Assembly (NCBI RefSeq): GCF_000196355.1
Contig: NC_007614.1
Coordinates: 2,490,001 to 2,522,000 of the forward strand
Direction: 5' to 3'
Source of the DNA: Nitrosospira multiformis ATCC 25196
Lineage (GTDB): Bacteria > Pseudomonadota > Gammaproteobacteria > Burkholderiales > Nitrosomonadaceae
DNA length: 32,000 nucleotides
In this document: positions 27,226 through 32,000 of the stretch, in pieces
Layout of the letters: the number at the start of each line of letters is the position of its first letter
Position numbering within the stretch: position 1 is the stretch's first letter
Made by a program: the position numbers and the translations under genes
The notes under the pieces: model-generated
Seen by the model: the letters and a program-made list of their open reading frames with translations, nothing else
Database searches by the model: none
Told to the model about the DNA's origin: nothing

Positions 27226-28029
27226 TCAATCCAGAAATGAAGACGCTTCACTCAAACAGAACCACTGTTCGAGAAATTCCTGCCAATGCGGCTCGGAAGA
27301 CTTGCTCAGGGTGAAGCGAACCAGCTCGCATTCACGTTGATACTGTTCGTTGTTGAAGGTGCCGCGCATAAGCTGAAAGCGCAGGAACACAAGGTAGGTA
27401 TTCACCACGTCCGTTTCGCAATAGTTGCGAATGGCGGCAATTTCGCCTTTCTGGAAAGCGCTCCAGACCTGGGAGCCATCCATCCCCGACTTCCCCGGGA
27501 AACCCATCAGCTTCGCCAGCTCATCCAGCGGAACATTCGCGCGCGGCTGATACAGCGCCAGGATATCCATCAGATCGAGATGGCGCGTATGGTAGCGGCT
27601 GAGATAGTTGTTCCATTTGAAATCGCGGTCGTCATCGCCCATGTCCCAGTAGCGCCGGGCCTTCAGCCCGTGAATGAGGCTACGGTAGTGCAGTACCGGC
27701 AAGTCGAACCCGCCTCCGTTCCAGGAGACCAGTTGCGGACTATATTTCTCTATGCCGTCGAAGAAGCGCTGTATGAGTTCGGCTTCGGAATCCGCCGGGC
27801 TCCCCAAAGACCATACGCGGAATTCATCCTTGTCACGCAGCGCGCAGGAAATCGCTGCTACTCTTTGCAGGTGCAGGGGAAGAAAATCGCTTCCGATCGC
27901 CTGGCGACGCGACTGGAAGGCCATCTCGGCGAGGTCGACGGCTGGAAGCCCGTGGGGAAGATTGTAGAGCCTGCGCAATCCCTCTGTATCGGGAACAGTC
28001 TCGATGTCGAAAACCAGTACGGGAGTCAC
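27226..28029 (-). CDS. Predicted 3'-5' exonuclease (PolB-like DEDD family)
   Basis: VLVFDIETVPD (ExoI), LVSWNGGGFDLPVLHYRSL (ExoII), and HLDLMDIL...NYCETDVVNTYLVF (ExoIII). Confidence 0.87.
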   Translation of the reverse strand: MTPVLVFDIETVPDTEGLRRLYNLPHGLPAVDLAEMAFQSRRQAIGSDFLPLHLQRVAAISCALRDKDEFRVWSLGSPADSEAELIQRFFDGIEKYSPQLVSWNGGGFDLPVLHYRSLIHGLKARRYWDMGDDDRDFKWNNYLSRYHTRHLDLMDILALYQPRANVPLDELAKLMGFPGKSGMDGSQVWSAFQKGEIAAIRNYCETDVVNTYLVFLRFQLMRGTFNNEQYQRECELVRFTLSKSSEPHWQEFLEQWFCLSEASSFLD

Positions 28030-28087
28030 GCTAGACGTTCAAGTAGATCCTGCGCATCTGTTTTTGAGTGTGCCCGGCAATCCGACT

Positions 28088-28510
28088 TTACTTCCTGACC
28101 CATCCGCCGTCTGCACCCTGATACCACCAACCGCTCCGCGCCAGTTCGATCCAGCGTTGGCCGAACGTGGAACGAATATCCGATTCCCATTCCGGGTGAC
28201 TATTGGCGCGGGCAATCTCGCGATAAAGGGCGTTTCTGTCCTGATTTTCCGCTGCGATCAATCCGTTCACCGACTGCCGCGCGGCCAGCGGCACCGCGTT
28301 GGCGTCCCGCATGACAATGAGGCCATCACGCGTGAGGCCTATTGCTCCGCTTGAATAATACGGCTCCAGTTGGCTATGGCGTTGCTGCATGCTCCGCTTG
28401 ATGCTTGCTATTGCGGGGGTATCGATTTCGATATTGGCCTGTGCATGCCCGGCAAGCGGCATCAATGACAGCAACATCAACAGTGCTGCCCGGAAAATCG
28501 AACTGACCAT
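28088..28510 (-). CDS. ydbL: YdbL family (DUF1318) periplasmic protein
   Basis: Signal peptide then IASIKRSMQQRHSQLEPYYSSGAIGLTRDGLIVMRDANAVPLAARQSVNGLIAAENQDRNALYREIARAN. Confidence 0.85.
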   Translation of the reverse strand: MVSSIFRAALLMLLSLMPLAGHAQANIEIDTPAIASIKRSMQQRHSQLEPYYSSGAIGLTRDGLIVMRDANAVPLAARQSVNGLIAAENQDRNALYREIARANSHPEWESDIRSTFGQRWIELARSGWWYQGADGGWVRK

Positions 28511-28527
28511 GATATCTGCCTTTACTG

Positions 28528-28752
28528 TTATGGCTGCTGCTCTACCGCAGGTTGGGAAGAAGGAGGAGGAGGCGAAACGGGCCCCGTCTTCTCACCCCCT
28601 TCCGGTTTCTTGAGTTGCCACACTTCTTCTATTATCTTGTCTGCTGCTTTTTCGGCTGCGGCGGCAGGGAAATAAATATTGATGGTGACGCAGGCGGTTG
28701 ATACCGCGCCGACCAGGGTCAGCGAAGCGGCCTGGAACAAAAGGTTCTTCAT
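28528..28752 (-). CDS. ynbE: YnbE-like small lipoprotein
   Basis: Lipobox-like VGAVSTAC followed by VTINIYFPAAAAEKAADKIIEEVW. Lies between the ydbL and ydbH homologues. Confidence 0.82.
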   Translation of the reverse strand: MKNLLFQAASLTLVGAVSTACVTINIYFPAAAAEKAADKIIEEVWQLKKPEGGEKTGPVSPPPPSSQPAVEQQP

Positions 28753-30857
28753 TGTTTATCCTGTTGAAGGACAGGCTTGGCATTGGCGTCCGTAATCCGT
28801 TGAAGACGACTTACCAATTCCCGCCAGTCCACCCTGCGATTATAACCTATCACGGTGATCGCCGGGATTCCGCCCCCCTTGACGATAAGATATCCGTGCG
28901 GCAAGGGTTCCGATTCTATCCCCCCCATATTGCAGACGCCATTGCGCAATGTACAGCTCCACGCGATTTGCGAATAGCCGAATTCATCGAAGACGTGCAG
29001 GAAACTGCGCTGGATTGCGGCGGCAGCGCCGAGTCCACCCAGTGATGAAATGCTTTGCACCGCCCGCTGGCTGATGCGGCGGCTGTAATCGCCCGGGCTG
29101 CTCATCAGGCGGGCATCGAATTTCACTGGCTTCCAGTCAAAAAGCTCGAGATCACGCACGGCCACATCTATGCGGCCTTCCATATTGCCGAATGAGAATG
29201 CGCCGGTGAGCAGGTCGAGATCGAGATTGCGCATGTCCACATCCGCCATGAGGGAGGGCGCGGAACCGAAGGGCTCCAGCGCTTTCAGATTCCATACCAG
29301 TACCGTGCCATCAAACACGTTGAGAAGCAGAGCGCCCTGCACTTCAACAGCGGAGCCGTCGAATGTCACCCCGGGGATTTTTCCGGAAAGGGTGCCGCGC
29401 ATCGGCTGAATCCCGAGCGCGCGGGTGAGCTGCTCCATGGATATGGACGAGAGGTCGCCGCTGAACTGCCAACGCCAGCCTGGAAGCGATCCCTGCGCTT
29501 GCCTGATGGCGCTGAAGTTCTCCAGAGTCAGTTTGCCGTCAAGCAAGGGGGCTTCCATTCGGGGTATGCGAAAACCCGGTTCATTTAATCCGGTTATTTC
29601 CAGGGGGATATGAACTGGGCCCACGGGCAGCCGGCTTACGTGACCGCCCCCTATCGTAATGGCGGCCTGCGTCGGCGCATCCGCGCGCAGGGGGATGCGG
29701 GTATTGATATCGCGCAGCGCAAAACGCCCGCCCTCGTCCTCCAGCGACACGTCACGCAGATCGACATCGAGCATTTCGCTCACACCATTCCGGAATCGCC
29801 ACTTTACTCCCGCCTGCCCGACGGTCTTCAAGGCGGAAAAAGAAGTATTGACCAGAAAAGGTTTTACGATCTGGCTGTACAACCCCGCCATTTCGAGATC
29901 AGGCGCGTCGAGGGCGAAATCGTGCAGCCTGCTGGTGCCCCAGCCCATGCTGCCGGACAGATCGATCTCTCCGATCTCCGCCAGGGAAAGTTTTCCCGCA
30001 CTGAGACGAAGGATGCCATCATCGAGTTCGCCACGCCCGCTGAAACGATGACCCTGGGCAGCGAAATAGAGCGGCTGCCAGAACACTTCTCCTTGCGGCC
30101 ACTGCGCATCCGCCTGCCACTCCCATAACCGGGGGTTCTGCGAGGGAATCTGTCCTGGCGTGCGCCTGGCCTTTGCATCGAGGATAACACTGATATTCTC
30201 ACCCGCATGCAAACCGCTGACATCACTGAAGGCCACGCCCTCCACCGCCAGATGGGCATCGATGTCAGCAAGTCCCTCAAGGTCAGCCCGCAGCTTCGCT
30301 TTACCATTGATTTTCCCTTTCGTGGATGAAGGCAGGACGGCATTCTCACTGACCGGCAGCAACTGTACGAACTGCGCGACCTCCCCGTTAGCCGCGGCAA
30401 GCGTACCTTCCCAACCTGCTCTTCCCGTGCGAAGCGACAGCTTCCACCCCCCGCCTGTCTTGCCTGCGCTGTTTCTGATTCTCACATCCAGGATTTTTAC
30501 GTCGGGAGTTCTGCCTGGAACAGACAAACGAAATGACACGGGCAGTGGCGCGGACTCCGACAACCTCAGCGCACCGCTATCACAGTTGATCTCCTCTCTG
30601 CTGGTGCGAAATCGATCACAAGAAAAATGCAGGTTATGCCAGGTCTTTCCCTGTATCGCCACCTCGGACAGCTTCATCCTCAGCGAGGACGCCGGAGGAG
30701 CGCCAGCGAGGGTGATCCGGATCCCCTTGATATTGGAAAAGGGGCCGCGGATATCCTCTGCAGAAAAGGTAAGAGACGCAGCCTGCGCGGATACCACTGC
30801 GGGGAAGAACGCTGTCAGTATCCTGATGAGGAATTTTGTCATTTGCAGACCAGGCAC
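28749..30857 (-). CDS. ydbH: YdbH family (AsmA-like/TamB-like) intermembrane phospholipid transport protein; translation may start at the internal ATG (MTKFLIRIL)
   Basis: Large signal-anchored protein with YdbH C-terminal features (MRGTLSGKIPGVTF...GTVLVWNLKALEPFG...MRNLDLDLLTGAFSFGNMEGRIDVAVRDLEL). Synteny with ynbE and ydbL. Confidence 0.82.
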   Translation of the reverse strand: MPGLQMTKFLIRILTAFFPAVVSAQAASLTFSAEDIRGPFSNIKGIRITLAGAPPASSLRMKLSEVAIQGKTWHNLHFSCDRFRTSREEINCDSGALRLSESAPLPVSFRLSVPGRTPDVKILDVRIRNSAGKTGGGWKLSLRTGRAGWEGTLAAANGEVAQFVQLLPVSENAVLPSSTKGKINGKAKLRADLEGLADIDAHLAVEGVAFSDVSGLHAGENISVILDAKARRTPGQIPSQNPRLWEWQADAQWPQGEVFWQPLYFAAQGHRFSGRGELDDGILRLSAGKLSLAEIGEIDLSGSMGWGTSRLHDFALDAPDLEMAGLYSQIVKPFLVNTSFSALKTVGQAGVKWRFRNGVSEMLDVDLRDVSLEDEGGRFALRDINTRIPLRADAPTQAAITIGGGHVSRLPVGPVHIPLEITGLNEPGFRIPRMEAPLLDGKLTLENFSAIRQAQGSLPGWRWQFSGDLSSISMEQLTRALGIQPMRGTLSGKIPGVTFDGSAVEVQGALLLNVFDGTVLVWNLKALEPFGSAPSLMADVDMRNLDLDLLTGAFSFGNMEGRIDVAVRDLELFDWKPVKFDARLMSSPGDYSRRISQRAVQSISSLGGLGAAAAIQRSFLHVFDEFGYSQIAWSCTLRNGVCNMGGIESEPLPHGYLIVKGGGIPAITVIGYNRRVDWRELVSRLQRITDANAKPVLQQDKQ

Positions 30858-31090
30858 AAGCTGTGCTGGTTGGGATTGCAGGATGAATGGAGTGAAGCGT
30901 AGCCCATCTAATTCCGGTGATGGGCTGCGGCTTTAGCCTGCACCCTTCTATTCCTTCTATTATAGGGAGATGACGAGGGAAGCCCGATATGTCCCCCTGC
31001 CATTGGCCATGTTGGGATTCGTGCCTAACCCCAGTCTATTGCTGCTCTCCTGCTATAGTCTCCGACCCGTCTATCCCCTGAAACCAGTAA

Positions 31091-31978
31091 TCACGCAGGG
31101 AAAACACCGGTGGAAAGGTAACGATCCCCTCGGTCGCAAACGATCGAGACGATCGTTGCATTTTCTGTTTCCGCAGAAACCTTGAGCGCCGCGGCGAGCG
31201 CGCCGCCCGACGAAATTCCGGCAAAGATCCCCTCTTCGGACGCAAGTCGCCGCGTCATTTCTTCGGCTTCCTTCTGGGAAACCAGCATGATGCGGTCTAC
31301 CCGGCTCGAGTCATAGATTTTTGGCAAATAGGCTTCAGGCCATTTGCGGATACCGGGAATCTGGGCGCCTTCTTCCGGCTGTACACCAATGATCCGGACC
31401 TCGGGTTTCTTCTCCTTGAAGTAGCGGGAGCAACCCATGATCGTTCCGGTCGTGCCCATGCTGCTCACCAGATGAGTAATTTTTCCTTCGGTATCCCGCC
31501 AGATTTCGGGAGCAGTACCTTCGTAATGGGCGCGTGGGTTATCGGGACTGGAAAACTGGTCGAGGATGATTCCCCGCCCCTCGTCGCGCATGCGCTCGGC
31601 CACGTCGCGCGCTTCTTCCATGCTGCCCTCTCTGGAAGTCAGTATGATTTCCGCTCCGTACGCCTTCATCGATTGCCGGCGCTCCACGCTGAGATGTTCG
31701 GGCATCACCAGCACCATGCGGTAACCCATGATTGCCGCCGCCATGGCGAGCGCGATGCCGGTGTTGCCGCTGGTGGCCTCTATCAACGTATCGCCTGGCT
31801 TGATTTCCCCGCGCTCCTGCGCACGCGTAATCATCGACAAAGCGGGACGGTCTTTTACCGAACCCGCCGGATTGTTGCCTTCCAGTTTCAGGAGGACAGT
31901 GTTGGTAGTATTTCCTGGCAGGCGTTTGAGCTTGACCAGAGGCGTATTGCCGACAAAATCTTCTATGGTTTTGAACAT
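31091..31978 (-). CDS. cysM: Cysteine synthase B (O-acetylserine sulfhydrylase)
   Basis: VGNTPLVKLKRLPG, LEGNNPAGSVKDRPAL (PLP lysine), EATSGNTGIALAMAAAIMGY, and GVQPEEGAQIPGIRKWPEAYLPKIYD (CysM-type). Confidence 0.92.
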   Translation of the reverse strand: MFKTIEDFVGNTPLVKLKRLPGNTTNTVLLKLEGNNPAGSVKDRPALSMITRAQERGEIKPGDTLIEATSGNTGIALAMAAAIMGYRMVLVMPEHLSVERRQSMKAYGAEIILTSREGSMEEARDVAERMRDEGRGIILDQFSSPDNPRAHYEGTAPEIWRDTEGKITHLVSSMGTTGTIMGCSRYFKEKKPEVRIIGVQPEEGAQIPGIRKWPEAYLPKIYDSSRVDRIMLVSQKEAEEMTRRLASEEGIFAGISSGGALAAALKVSAETENATIVSIVCDRGDRYLSTGVFPA

Positions 31979-32000
31979 GACCTGTCCGACTTGTGAAACG

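Noticed and set aside
1-32000. CRISPR arrays, retrons or known anti-phage defence operons
   Set aside because: No regularly spaced repeats, reverse transcriptase, Cas or restriction motifs seen. The only defence-adjacent modules supported are MqsRA and the Rhs tip.

Overview
The window looks like a beta-proteobacterial chromosome segment. The gene content and protein style suggest an ammonia-oxidiser such as Nitrosospira, but this is inference only. Main blocks: (1) an aromatic amino-acid cluster: serA 3' end, pheA, hisC, aroF-type DAHP synthase, tyrA. (2) An encapsulated-ferritin-like protein with no visible encapsulin, a hypothetical protein and a PEP-CTERM metalloprotease. (3) An lpxA-type gene divergent from a translationally coupled surface-glycan operon: Wzt-like ATPase, divergent PIG-L-like protein, glycosyltransferase-methyltransferase fusion, Gfo/Idh/MocA oxidoreductase, DegT/DnrJ-type aminotransferase. 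(4) NYN-LOTUS and BON proteins. (5) A hybrid sensor kinase split near its 5' end by an IS481-family element. I place the element ends at 19712-20934, with a 7-bp target duplication CTTTAGC and matching inverted repeats. The missing kinase N-terminus can be read on the far side, starting at an ATG at 21070. (6) A small accessory zone with an mqsR toxin followed by two tandem mqsA antitoxin genes and a perfect AACCT-N3-AGGTT operator, a degraded orphan Rhs tip with a DUF1493-like neighbour, and an intact tRNA-Ser(UGA) next to a truncated tRNA-Ser copy. (7) Housekeeping genes: Bax inhibitor-1-like, rlmD, 3'-5' exonuclease, ydbL-ynbE-ydbH, cysM. No CRISPR array or recognisable new defence system was found. 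The strongest unusual items are the mqsR-mqsA-mqsA arrangement, the reconstructable IS-split kinase, the frame-scrambled Rhs tip and the lpxA/GnnA-GnnB-like glycan locus.
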